A DNA stretch of 64,000 nt, taken from the NCBI GenBank assembly GCA_977018835.1, contig OZ361261.1, forward strand, positions 1,116,001-1,180,000, in the 5' to 3' direction. Position numbers and translations under genes: made by a program. Source of the stretch: Minutocellus sp. GHC0000111. Taxonomy: Eukaryota. The notes under the pieces were generated by a model. It was not told the DNA's origin. It saw only the letters and a program-made list of their open reading frames with translations, and ran no database searches. This document shows positions 11,619 through 22,886 of this stretch, in pieces; the stretch's first letter is position 1, and each line of letters begins with the position of its first letter.

Positions 11619-12354
11619 TCAATCCTCCCCCTCAGACAATTCATCAAGAGCATCACTGCCGCCAAGCGTTCCTGCGCCTCCCATCAGGCTATCCATGCCG
11701 GGCATACCGCCAGCTCCGCCCATGCCACCCATCATCGCCTCAAGTCCGCCTCCGGCAGCCATATTCTTGTACATTTCGCCGGCCGCCTGCATAGTCTCCC
11801 TCCACTTGTCCGCATCATTGAGGATCTCTTCAAAGCCTGGCATGCTACCCATCATTTGCTTCATCATTGGGTTCTGAAGGATCATCTGACGACTTTCCTC
11901 AAGCTTCTCCGGATCGTTCATGTATTCATTGAACATGGGCGAATTCATCATCTCCGACATTGCCTTCATGCTTTCCTCCATCGAGGGCATCCCCTCGCCG
12001 CCTCCTGGCATGGACTTCATAAGGTCATCGAGCTGGGAAGGGTCCATGCCTGCCTGCTTCATCATGTCCTCGAGAGAAGTATTGGAGGATGGGGGAGCGT
12101 CAGCCTCAGCTCCTCCCCTGGGGACGAGGAAGGGAGCCGCTTTTGCGCCAAAGGGAACAGTAGCTGCGCCGGCTGCCGTCTATCGACACGTACGATATTG
12201 GAATGGATGAAGAGAAAAGAACGTCAGTGAAGTTGAAGTTGAGGTGCTGCAAGAGTCACAGTACGTTACGAACTCTAGCCAGCAGCAAATATTAGAAAAT
12301 AACGATACCACTCACCGCTGACGAGATAAGAGAAAATATGATGGTAGAGCGCAT
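11619..12354 (-). CDS. STI1/ubiquilin-like Met-rich domain protein with signal peptide; exons 12354-12316, 12179-11619
   Basis: MRSTIIFSLISSA|TAAGAA..VPRGG leader; DP/NP-rich helical repeats (MMNSPMFNEYMNDPEKLEESRQMILQNPMMKQM). Confidence 0.75.
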
Positions 12355-12586
12355 TATCAAGAGAGGAAATAAGGTAGGTCGGGAGCTCCAGATAGATGCT
12401 CGTGGGTGTGGCGTCGTGGGGCGTGGAAGTAAAGTTCGAAAGTTCGAAAGTGTGGAGTGTGTGAACGACGTGCGACGAGGCAACCGGTCTGGCCATCATC
12501 CAACAGTCTCCAAGTGGAAGTAGATCTAGCTAGATCTAGAGTGATTTCACGAGAGAGCAGACACCCCCTCCGCGATGTTTCGTAAA

Positions 12587-12673
12587 CATTGTACCAACTT
12601 CCTTTTATTGATGCTCCTTACTCAGAAGGGTATTGTAGACCATAATCAACAATAAAAGGAAGTTGGTACAATG
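12587..12673. repeat. Perfect 24-bp inverted repeat with 39-nt spacer
   Basis: CATTGTACCAACTTCCTTTTATTG (12587-12610) is the reverse complement of 12650-12673. Confidence 0.9.
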
Positions 12674-14332
12674 ATCTTGGTGCTCTTTTAGCACATGATA
12701 TAGATACGGTATTAGAGTGTTTCTTTTGGTACACTATTGTTTGAAAATTTATTTTTATGTCGTAGAATACACTTGTGCTGTTTCAAGAAAGAAAAAATAC
12801 ATCAAACTTTATAACGAAACAAAACCCATTTCGTTCAACGAATGGGGCCACAACATGTGTCGCCGACGTGCCTCCCATTGAGAACAATCAAGACTACGGG
12901 GCACCATACCCTTGTAATAGCCTTTCACAACACTGTGGTGCAGCAGGAGACTTGCAATTACTTTTTTGAGCCTTGAAAAATTCGTTCGCGTTAGACCCGA
13001 TTTTTTCGACAGTTTCCGACGTTCCATCACGACCATGTTCGCCCGATGTACAGCACCACCCCGGCCATCGCATACACTCTGACCACCTAGATGCCTTCCT
13101 GAATATTACTGGAAGGGATTTTTGGGCGATAGCGGTGCGTCGGTGCGTGCCTGTACCGCGAAATGTGGCCCAGCGCCATTACCACCCCCATTACACCACC
13201 CATCCGAAAGTTGGTCCGGATGCTTTTATGCGGTCCATGCACCACTTCCGTTGCACTGAGCCGTCGACGCTTCACCCATATGTATACCAAGCGCATTTGA
13301 GTGGGGGGTGGTGGCATTTCTTGACAATTCATAGAGAAAACTATTCCCAAAGTCCCGTGTCTGATGTCGGCACCAGATTTCACCTTCATTGCTTCTGCCG
13401 CCCGAGAGGAACGAAACCGGAGAAAGCGGCCAAACCAACACGTGAGATCGATGGATGTAATATAGAATGAGCATCGTGCGTGCTGCTATTGCGTGAAGGA
13501 ACAGTGGTTGAGGCTTGAAGGGGGTTGTAGTTGGGGATTTGCTACTTTCAGATGTTTTTGCTTTCCATGGTGACGGCCACAATGATACAAAGATGGGGCC
13601 CAATATCGACCCTCTGGCGCAAACTTGCTCCCAATATTACCCAAGTGAAAGTAATGCCGGTCAGGGAGGATTGAAATGGATGTAGACAAGCATCAGCCAT
13701 CATTCTTTGCCATTTTGAGGGTAAAAAAATATTGAAAATTTCTGGGCATGAGGAGATGTTGCTAAAATAGCACATGATGTACGAATGAGTTTGCTTTCAA
13801 GTATGCAATACTCACCTAACGCATGTAGTTGGCGTATACATCGGTTGGCTTGGAGTTATTTATCGTTATACCATCATTTGGTGGCCTTCTTGTGGAGATG
13901 AATTCTCCTTGCTTTCGCCGTGTTGAGAGAGGCCATTTAGTGGGTTCATTTTTGCGCTGCATAAAGTATCGCACAAAAAAATTTCCTAGTGCCTTACTAT
14001 TTTCGGCGATTTTGTCGGCGGTCTTACATGTACCGGTACCGGTAACGGGTTCATCTCGCTCTTCCCTCTGCCCACCGCCCGATCCTTGATGATCTACACC
14101 CTTGATGCAAGATAAACATGATTTCTACATGTGGATGCAACATATATTTATATCTATCTAGACTATATAGTCGTCTAGTTGTCTTTTCTCGTTTGTCATT
14201 CGCTGTCGTTGCCGATGTGTTTTGATTGTTGAGGAACAAAAATCCCCCTCTCTCCTCTTTTTGTCATCGTTTCAATGTTCCATGTCATTATTTCTAATCC
14301 CCTTCTGTCTACGGATATCTATTACTAGTATT

Positions 14333-15760
14333 CTATGGATTTTTGTTATCAGGAGGGGGAGCTTCGTCGCCAGTCACACGCAGGGACGGCTCGAAGCAAG
14401 CCGTGCAACAGCTTGGGGAAGCACACTCGACGTAAAACTTGGCTGAAGGGACGAGGCAGTCGCACGTCAGAGATCCAATGAGACCATCCTGTGTGTTTCG
14501 TAGATTACATACTTCCTGAGGCATGCTCCCGTTCATTTGATTACGGTCAAAGTTGGCGATCGCGAGCTGCGATAGGAGACCAATCTCAGTTGGAATTGTA
14601 CCGGTAATTCGATTTTTCGATAGCTGTAGGAAGCGCAGCGAAGAGAGGTTGCCAATGTCACTTGAAAGGGATCCCTGCAGGAGATTATCATTCATGTCGA
14701 GCTCTACCAGATTTTTTAGCTGGTAGATTGTAGTGGGAATGCTCCCAACAAGTAGATTGAAGTTCACATCAAATTCTTGCAGCTTGGAGATGTTTCCAAT
14801 CTCCGGTGGTATTGTTCCTGCAGTTTTTCCTTCTTCAAGGTGAAGGAACAGAAGCTCCTTTAGCTCTTGGAGCTCTCTGGGAATAGTACCCTGAAGGTTA
14901 TTGCTCTCTGTAGAATGGAGATAAAAGAAGAGTTAATAACGATTGTCGTATGAAGGGACTTTTCTTGTCATCGCAAGCGTATCTTTCGATTGGTTTTTTC
15001 AAATCCATTTCTACTTACCGAAATCGATTCGAACCAAAGAGTCGCCAAGGTTGCGCCTACAGGCCAAGCCTCCCCATTGACATTCGCTGACGGGTGTGAG
15101 CCAGGCGTCCGTACCGCCAACATCGGGCGAGTCAACTTCTATGTTGCAATTGACATTTGCCTTCTCGATACTTTGAGGGTCCTCCAAATCTTCGGGCGCC
15201 GAGCACTGCAACCAACCGTCGCCGATAGAAGAATAATAGAACACAGCGGCAACATATCTCTGTACCAAAAAATCATCATCGGGGCACAGATACATGGCAT
15301 CTTTATTGACAAGCCAATCAAACGCCATGTTCTGGGGACTGCCGACCTTGTTGAGATCCTCCACCTTGGATACTTGCGATAGTGTTGCTGTAATCTGACC
15401 TCTCCTCTCTACTGCAGGCATTCCGCAGGGAAGCGTTTGGGCAGGGGTTGGGTCCGGCACCGGCACTGGCAAAGGCGGCATGCTGTTGTCATCATCTAGT
15501 GCCTTGTTGAGGAGTTCCTGGATTTCCTCTAAATCTTCCTTGGCCTCCTTGACCCACTTGGCGATCAAATTTCCTCCACCGAACTTCGTCCTTCGCTCTA
15601 CCAACTCTTCCTCTGATACTTGCTCGGTCTGCTGTGTGGCCCGACGAAGGCGCTTCGGTCTCTCCTTGTGCTTGATTCGTTTGTCTTCGCTTACATTCTT
15701 TTGCTTGATCGCCAGGACCGTCGAGGAAAGGCCCAACAAAACAAGAGCCGATACTTTCAT
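14333..15760 (-). CDS. Secreted LRR protein, paralog 2; exons 15760-15019, 14907-14333
   Basis: Signal peptide MKVSALVLLGLSSTVLA; LCPDDDFLVQRYVAAVFYYS; intron splices RIDF-E-SNNLQGTIP; LRRs; CCTACF. Confidence 0.88.
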
Positions 15761-16456
15761 TTTCCTTGTGATAGCAAGGACGAAACGACGCTGATAAAAA
15801 GGGGGAGATTGAGCTCCGCCGACAAGGTCCTACTTTGCTTCACAAATATTTTTTGGAAGGTCCGACTCTTAGACTGCTACGATGTAAACAGCCGCTAAAT
15901 GACGCGATCTACCACCGCTGTAGGAATCCTCAATGAGTCCTTCCTAAGTAAATTGCCCTGATACCTCTCGCAGACGGGACAGTCCGGTCCAGGCAAGTAG
16001 GAAGCATGGCGGTGGAGCGCACTTGCCTTTGTGCGGGGGTTTGAGATTGAGAGGGCTATGGGTGCGAACCCAACGGTCGTAACCCTAACCCTATCAGTTT
16101 GGCGAGTAGGTAAGCAGCACAAGATTGGTTCGAAAAACTTGCCTGCGGGTCGGACCGTTGGGCGTTGGATGACCCTCTCATTCGTTGAATTGCAGAAGGC
16201 CCAGCTGCTAGGAATTCCTATTACCTAGGCATAGCTTCTTAGCCAATAGGCTTGGGGGGTCACTAGCACAGAGCCAGTGCATCGTTTTGGTTCGACGGGA
16301 GCGATATCGCTAACCCTACCAATACTCAACATGTTGCGAAGGAGGGTAGGAAGAGAGTCGGTAGCGACGTCGGTGGCGAAAGGAAGGGCTGCGGAGGATG
16401 AGGATGCTCGACCCGTCGTGGTCACCAATCATTTCCATGCCGTCACCTATTCCCTA

Positions 16457-18184
16457 ATGATCTTTGTGGCATTAGTAGTTTGCTCAGGGCTACAGATCGT
16501 GGCAGCGGACAAAGCCACACCAAACAGACTGAGACGACACGACGCAAATCGACTCGATATCAGTGAAATCTTGGAATTGGGAGGATACAACGAGAGTAGA
16601 CAGAATCGCCAGAGAGAACTCGGGAAGAAACGAAAGAAGGTAAATTGATCGTAGTGGCACGATGGGTTGGTTGTGTAAAGATTATCGCACATGCACATGA
16701 AATCTAACCGCATTTCGTTTTTCTCGATTTGTTCCTTGTTTCTATTCAATCCAAGAAGAAAAGCAGAACAGACAAGAGTAGCAAAGGAAAAGGATGTGGC
16801 AAGAAAAGTAGCAAGAAGAGCAGCAAGAAGAGCAGCAAGTCGACAAAATCGACGAAGAGTACCAGCAGCAGTGGAGGCGGCAGAGAAAAAAGGAAGAGTA
16901 GAAAATCTTCCAACAAAAGTAGCCGCAAAGAACCAGGATCGAAAACGAGAAAAGAGATGAATGACCGAGCGCAGGAACTCATGGAGGAAGAGAACGCCGT
17001 TTTCTTGGCAGCATTTGCTGATAACCGAGGAGGTATGTCAATGCCGTCAGCTCCCACACCTCGCCCGCGACCCCCACCAGTCCCTACTCCACGCCCCCCG
17101 GTTCCAACTCCTCGCCCCCCTGTTCAGGCACCTACCATCCCAACCAGATGTGGCATCAGTGCCCAGGAACGCAGGGCCGCTATTCTGGGCAAGGTGTCCA
17201 AGATATCCGATCCGGTGGACCTTTTGACTGAAAATTCTCCCCAGAGAGATGCTCTTGATTTCATTGTGGATGAGGATCTGCTTCAGCTTTGTCCCGATGA
17301 CCCCACGCTCGACCAGAGGTATATCCTGTCTGTATTTTATTATTCCACTGATGGTCAAAACTGGTCCAGATGCTCCAAACCGAATGATATTAGCAACGCC
17401 GATCAAGTCTCCGCGGCAAATATTCGCTGCAACATCCGAGGCGATGGAAGTCAATTGGCTGGTACTGATGCCTGGTTGACCCCAGTGAGCGAATGTCAAT
17501 GGGGTGGTATTACCTGCGACGATCCGGATTCAGTAACGAGTCTGTTCACTGGTGAGTTTCACTACGAAGTGTATACTTGACGTTGGCACATTGCACTCCC
17601 ACATTGGTCATCACTTTCAGTGGTTCACTCACTTCAATTTTCTTCTACATTGAATCAAAATCTTAGAAAATATCAATGTGGGTGGCATCCTCCCGTTTGA
17701 GCTTCAATCGCTCGACAAGTTGGAAGTGCTTCACGTGGAGGAGGGACGCACCCGCGGGACGATCCCGTCGGAATTTGGCAACATTAAAAAATTGAAGGAG
17801 TTGGATTTGAACTTCAATCAGATATCGGGCCAAATCCCTGAGAGCATCTTTACGCTTCGAGACTTGATTGAACTTGATCTCAACGACAACAGACTCTCCG
17901 GTGAATTGGGTGAAAGTATTGGCGATATGCCCAATCTGCAATTCCTGCAATTGCAAAATAATCAGATGAGTGGGCAGCTTCCAGATACGCTTGGAAAAAT
18001 GTCGAGACTTGTCATTCTCAACGTTGACGAGAACCAATTTACGGGTGCCATGCCCCAATCAGTCTGTGAACGAAGAGATATCAATGGTGGTCGACTAGCA
18101 AGTTTGACGGCGGACTGCCTCAATCCCCAAGACAAATTTTATGTTCAATGCGATACTCCCGATTGCTGCACCATGTGTTTCTAG
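16457..18184 (+). CDS. Secreted LRR protein, paralog 3, with Lys/Ser-rich segment; introns ~16640-16755 and 17552-17666; start uncertain
   Basis: Hydrophobic leader MIFVALVVCSGLQIVAA; KSSKKSSKKSSK tract; PTPRPP linker; LCPDDPTLDQRY; LRRs; CCTMCF. Confidence 0.82.
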
Positions 18185-18637
18185 TAGCTAGCTAGAGCGT
18201 TTATCATAAGACGAAATGGTGCGTGGCGATGCTATCAATGAGACATTATCGCAATAAATTGTGTGTTACAAAAGTGGAAAAAGAAAAGAAGATTATTTTT
18301 ATGATTCATAACAAAAGAAAGCAGCTTTGCTCGGTACTGAGGTACCTCAAAGTTTAAAAACATAACTCATAACTACTACAAGGAAAGTGCACCACAGTAG
18401 TACTGGTACTGTTAGTAGATATAGATCTACTGTAGAGATCGACCACTCCGAATTTTTTGGAGATCGCTGGACGATCTGCTGCTGCTCGTTTTTTGCGCGA
18501 GCTTATTGCTGCTCGGCCACTGACGATGGCCAGACCATTTTGCCTTCGGCGCGCGCGCACTCGCCCACAGCCGCTAAACGCCTCTCTCTTGCCTTCAGCC
18601 TCCACACATCCACTACTTCAAACCCGAAGGCCCCAAG

Positions 18638-19896
18638 ATGCGTCGCTTCCTATCCTCTCTCGCTGTTGCGAGCACTGCCCTGCTCATATCAACGACCCCG
18701 GCCGTTGTATCCGCCGATGCCGGCGCGGCTGCTGCGGCTGCCACCGCAGGAATCAAGGGAACCTTGAAGAGCCTCGACTACCGCTACTTCGTTGCCGGTG
18801 GTGTTTGCGCGGCAACCTCCCATGGCATCACATGCCCTATTGATGTCGTGAAGACCAAGATCCAGGCCCAGCCTGAGGTAAGTGCTCCGACGTGATTTTC
18901 TGATGGCATTTCCTTGGTCGTTTGATTGTCTGCTGTGCTCGCTCGGTGGGTGACCAGCCTCTAATCCATTCTCGTTTATTTCGATGACGCACATGCATGC
19001 AGGTGTACGACAAGGGTATGCTGTCTGCCACTCTCTCCATCATCAAGGACGATAGACCGACCGTGCTCCTTGGCGGTCTTGGATCAACTGTGGTTGGATA
19101 TGGCATCGAGGGAGCCATGAAGTTCGGCGTCTACGAGGTTTGCAAACCCATTATGACCAAGCTTATCAAGGGAAGCAAGGGTGCTGCATACATTGCTGCC
19201 TCGGTCTTTGCCGGTGCGGTTGCCAGTATTCTCCTCTGTCCGATGGAAAGCACGCGCATACGCCAAGTGACTGACCCTGAGTATGCTGATAAGGGACTCA
19301 TGACGGCGTTCCCCCAGCTTGTAAAGGAGGAAGGCTTCGGCCCAATGTTCTCTGGAATTTGGGCCATGCTCTCCAAGCAGGTGAGTATTTTGCTGGCGTT
19401 GTTATCCTCTTCATTCTTCCCATACCATACTGCTACATGTACTAACAAGGGGACCTCGAATTCCTTGTATAACGCCAATCTACATCAACAATATATGCTC
19501 ACGGATCAAAATCAATAGGTTCCGTACACCATGGCTAAGCAGGTTTCGTTCGATGTCGTCGCTGGGTTGCTCTATGCGTTCCTTACCAAGAAGGAGGGAG
19601 TCACTGCCGATGATCTCAAGTGGATCGTTTCTGTATCTGCCGCATTTATTGCCAGTCTGTTTGCTTGCATTTTTAGCCAGCCCGGAGATATGATCTTGAC
19701 GGAGACGTTCAAGGGAAGCAGCGGAAAGGGCTTCTTCGGAATTGTCAAGGACATTAACGACAAGGGTGGTATTCCCGCCTTCTTCACCGGAACTGGATCC
19801 CGTATTGTCCATGTCGGCATGATTATTACCAGCCAGCTTGTCATCTATGATATCGTGAAGCAGGCCTTGGGTCTTCCCGCTACTGGAAAGCACTAG
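18638..19896 (+). CDS. Phosphate carrier-like SLC25 protein with N-terminal extension; exons 18638-18877, 19003-19380, 19519-19896
   Basis: SHGITCPIDVVKT, GYGIEGAMKFGVYE, CPMESTRIR, KQ|VPYTMAK and SQPGDMIL resemble the PiC/Mir1 subfamily. Confidence 0.88.
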
Positions 19897-20469
19897 GATG
19901 GCAGCTTTTGGTACGATTGTATCTTTGGTGACGAACAAGTATTGCTGACTAGCGAGATCAAAACGACCGCCGCTTCTTAGAGAACACCCACCTGGCGTGT
20001 TCGTAGCTACGTAGGCCTAGCTAGATAATCCTGGCGTATGGACCAAGAACAATACAATCTAAAAGTAGATGCTTTGAAATGAAATGATAATTTTGAATTG
20101 TCTATTAATATTATTAACTTTATTATCTTTTGTCTTCACATATAAAATAACTGAATGAAGCAGTAGTAGTAGTATCCCCGGCTAGGATGTCCAATAGGTA
20201 CGTGGCCCACAAAAAATAGTAGATTGCACTACCGTATGCCTCCGTACCAACACCCCTAGCTTCGCAAATTATGAATGGCGCCCATCTCTCGCCTGTACCA
20301 GAAACTCCTGTCCACGTCAACAATCAACGCCACGCTAGCAAGCCCTATGATACAGATTCAAGAAGGACATGTATGTCACTCCCTCCTCTCGTATAGAGAA
20401 ACAGGGACGGAATATAGCATTATGCACTTCGAAAAACATTGAAATCAGTTCCACCTTGGCTAGCTTTCT

Positions 20470-22282
20470 TTAGAAGCATTGAGTGCAGCATGGCGTCGCG
20501 CACTCGACATAGAATGGGTCGGCAGGATCAAGGCAGTCACTCGTCAGAGTTCGCAAGTTGCCAGCTCGAAGAAGACACACCTCCACAGGCATTGGGTCCT
20601 GCAAAAAGTTTGTGTCAAAAGTTGCAACAACTGCAAAATTGCGATAGAGAAAGTGGCAACGCGAAAGAATAGGTTAGCATACCATATCGTTTATACACCA
20701 GACATTGAATCTCAATGAATATAGCATCAACATGCAAAAGTTCATTTCGACTCACTCAATCTGTTCAAGTTGCCAACTTCAGCGGGAATGGATCCGGTGA
20801 ACTGATTGCGGTGGAACTGCAAGAAAGTAAGCTTGGTCATCTTTTGTATGTCCGGACTAATCGGACCGCTGAGAGAGTTGTCATTCATGTCAAACTCCAG
20901 CAGGTTGGCCAGACTGTACATGTTGGCAGGGATAGAACCGGTGAGAGCATTGAAGTTCATATATCAAGCTCGAGGAGGTTACTCAAGTTGCCCAACTCAG
21001 GTGGGATTGTACCACCGGTTCGTCCCTCTTCCATGTGGAGGAAACGAAGCTCCTGAAGCTCCTGGAGCTCTCTGGGGATAGTACCAGCCAGATTATTTTT
21101 CTCTGCAAAGTGAGCGAGTAAGAAGAGGAAGGGGACACTTTTGAGTTAGTTGCAAATGACAAATACATGTATACTAATTCGACCGAAAAATCTTCCACCA
21201 AATCTCGTAAAGCCATGCAAACCAATCGAACAAAGACACTTACCGAACTCAATGCGCTCCATGTCGCCACTGACGGTGTCGCACGCAACGCCACCCCACT
21301 GACACTCGGAGACAGGGGTTAGCCAGGCATCGGTACCACCTTGGCCGATCTCTACCTCCAAATCGCAATTGGCATTGGCCTCACGGATGCTGTTCGGGTC
21401 GGACAGATCGTCAGGAGCCGAGCACTCGACCCAATTCGGTCCGTCGGTGGAAAAGTAGAACACGGCCATGGTATACCTCTGAATCAGGAAGGGATCGTCG
21501 GGACAAAGGTAGAGGCTGTCCTCCTCGGTGATCCACTTCAGACTTCGACTTTGCGGAGAGAAAGGCGACACGAAATCAATGGGATTGGACACCTGGCCAA
21601 GGATATCGGCAATGGCAACGGCTCTGTCTTCTGGACTGAAGTTGCAAGTGAAGGTCGGGGCAGGAGTCGTCGGCGCCGCTGTGGTCGGCCGAGGGGTAGG
21701 TGCTGGTGTGGGGCCAGGAGTTGGTGGGGGGGGGTTTGACCTGTCGTGGGTGGGGGGGTCGGCCCAGGAGTCGGCCCAGGAAAAGGGCCCAGGAGTTGGG
21801 CGTGGTGTCGGACGAGGAGTCGGCTGAGGAGTCGGATTCGGTGTCGGACGACGCGTCGGAGGAGGAGTTGGAACAATCGACGAATCCTCGGTCAAAAAGC
21901 GATCCCAATATCCCTCGTCTTCCAATGCCATGTCATCCTCTGTCTCTATCTGATTCTTTCTGTTGAGACCTCTCTTGCTGATGATCTTCTTCGTCGTTGT
22001 AGCTCTCTTCTGACTCTTTTTCGCTGGCATTGCATTTGCAATAGCACCATTGACGGCAACTCCTTCCACCACTTTCGTCGCCGCCGTTTCCTTCAACCGC
22101 ATAAGGTCAATAGCATTTTGGTGTTGATCGATTGCTGCTGCCCCTCCGATAGACGCCCGACGTACCCTCAGCGAGCTTTTGCTATTTGTCGACGCCGCTG
22201 CCGCCGTCGAAGCTTGGACCTCAACTGAGGCTGCCGCCGCCGAGGCGGCAATTAGCCCGAGGCCGAGGGCGACCCGGCGCAT
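20470..22282 (-). CDS. Secreted LRR protein, paralog 4; three exons, apparent 2-bp frameshift near 20961
   Basis: Signal MRRVALGLGLIAASAAAA; PTP linker; LCPDDPFLIQRYTMAVFYFSTDG; LRRs; CCTQCF; extra AT in GATATATGAAC breaks ELDMNFN. Confidence 0.83.
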
Positions 22283-22886
22283 ATTTTGCCGGCGTCTTGG
22301 AATGTGAAAGGAGGAGGGCTTTGTTCGCCGCCTTTCACAGGTGAAGGTATTGGTCTGTGTTACCCTCCGCACGCTCTCACGCTCTCACGCTCTCTCACTC
22401 TCTCTTGAGACAAACCGTGAGGATAACCGTCCGAGAGAGCTGGCGATGCAGCGTAGGAGTTCTACTTGGTGGCTGCTCCCCTTTTACTAATCGCTTGAAG
22501 AAGGAACACGTGAAAGGTTTATTGGTTGGAGTTGGCCACGCCAACCGCAAAGGTTGCAAGTCTGTCCCGTCGCTTTCTCAACATGTTTCAAGCTTCATTC
22601 ATGCCTGATTTTCTCGATGGGCGTCGCCGAAGTGGCAGAAAAGAGAGGCCGGCTCTCGTCAGGTTCCGGGTTTCTTTTGGTCAAAGCATGATGACCTCAT
22701 TATGGCGTCTCAGAAACTTCCCCCGTGTTCCAAAATTTTCAATTTCTTTTTTCCCGCCTTGCGCCACATCACCTGCAAGCCTGCAAGCCGACCTCATTTC
22801 TCTTCTTATTCGGCATTCCATAACATCACAAGGATAATTAAATGAATGCACGGAGGCAAAGAATAGGCCCACTGTCGGTGCCAATA

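Noticed and set aside
12732..13991. CACTA transposon (CACTA..TAGTG)
   Set aside because: Similarity does not extend past 5 bp and there is no matching 3-bp TSD
16080..16094. Second telomeric tract
   Set aside because: Only about two units; expected by chance
21700..21800. Novel motif FSWADSWADPP inside the PTP linker
   Set aside because: Looks like compensating indels in G-rich repeats of a PTPGPTPGPT tract
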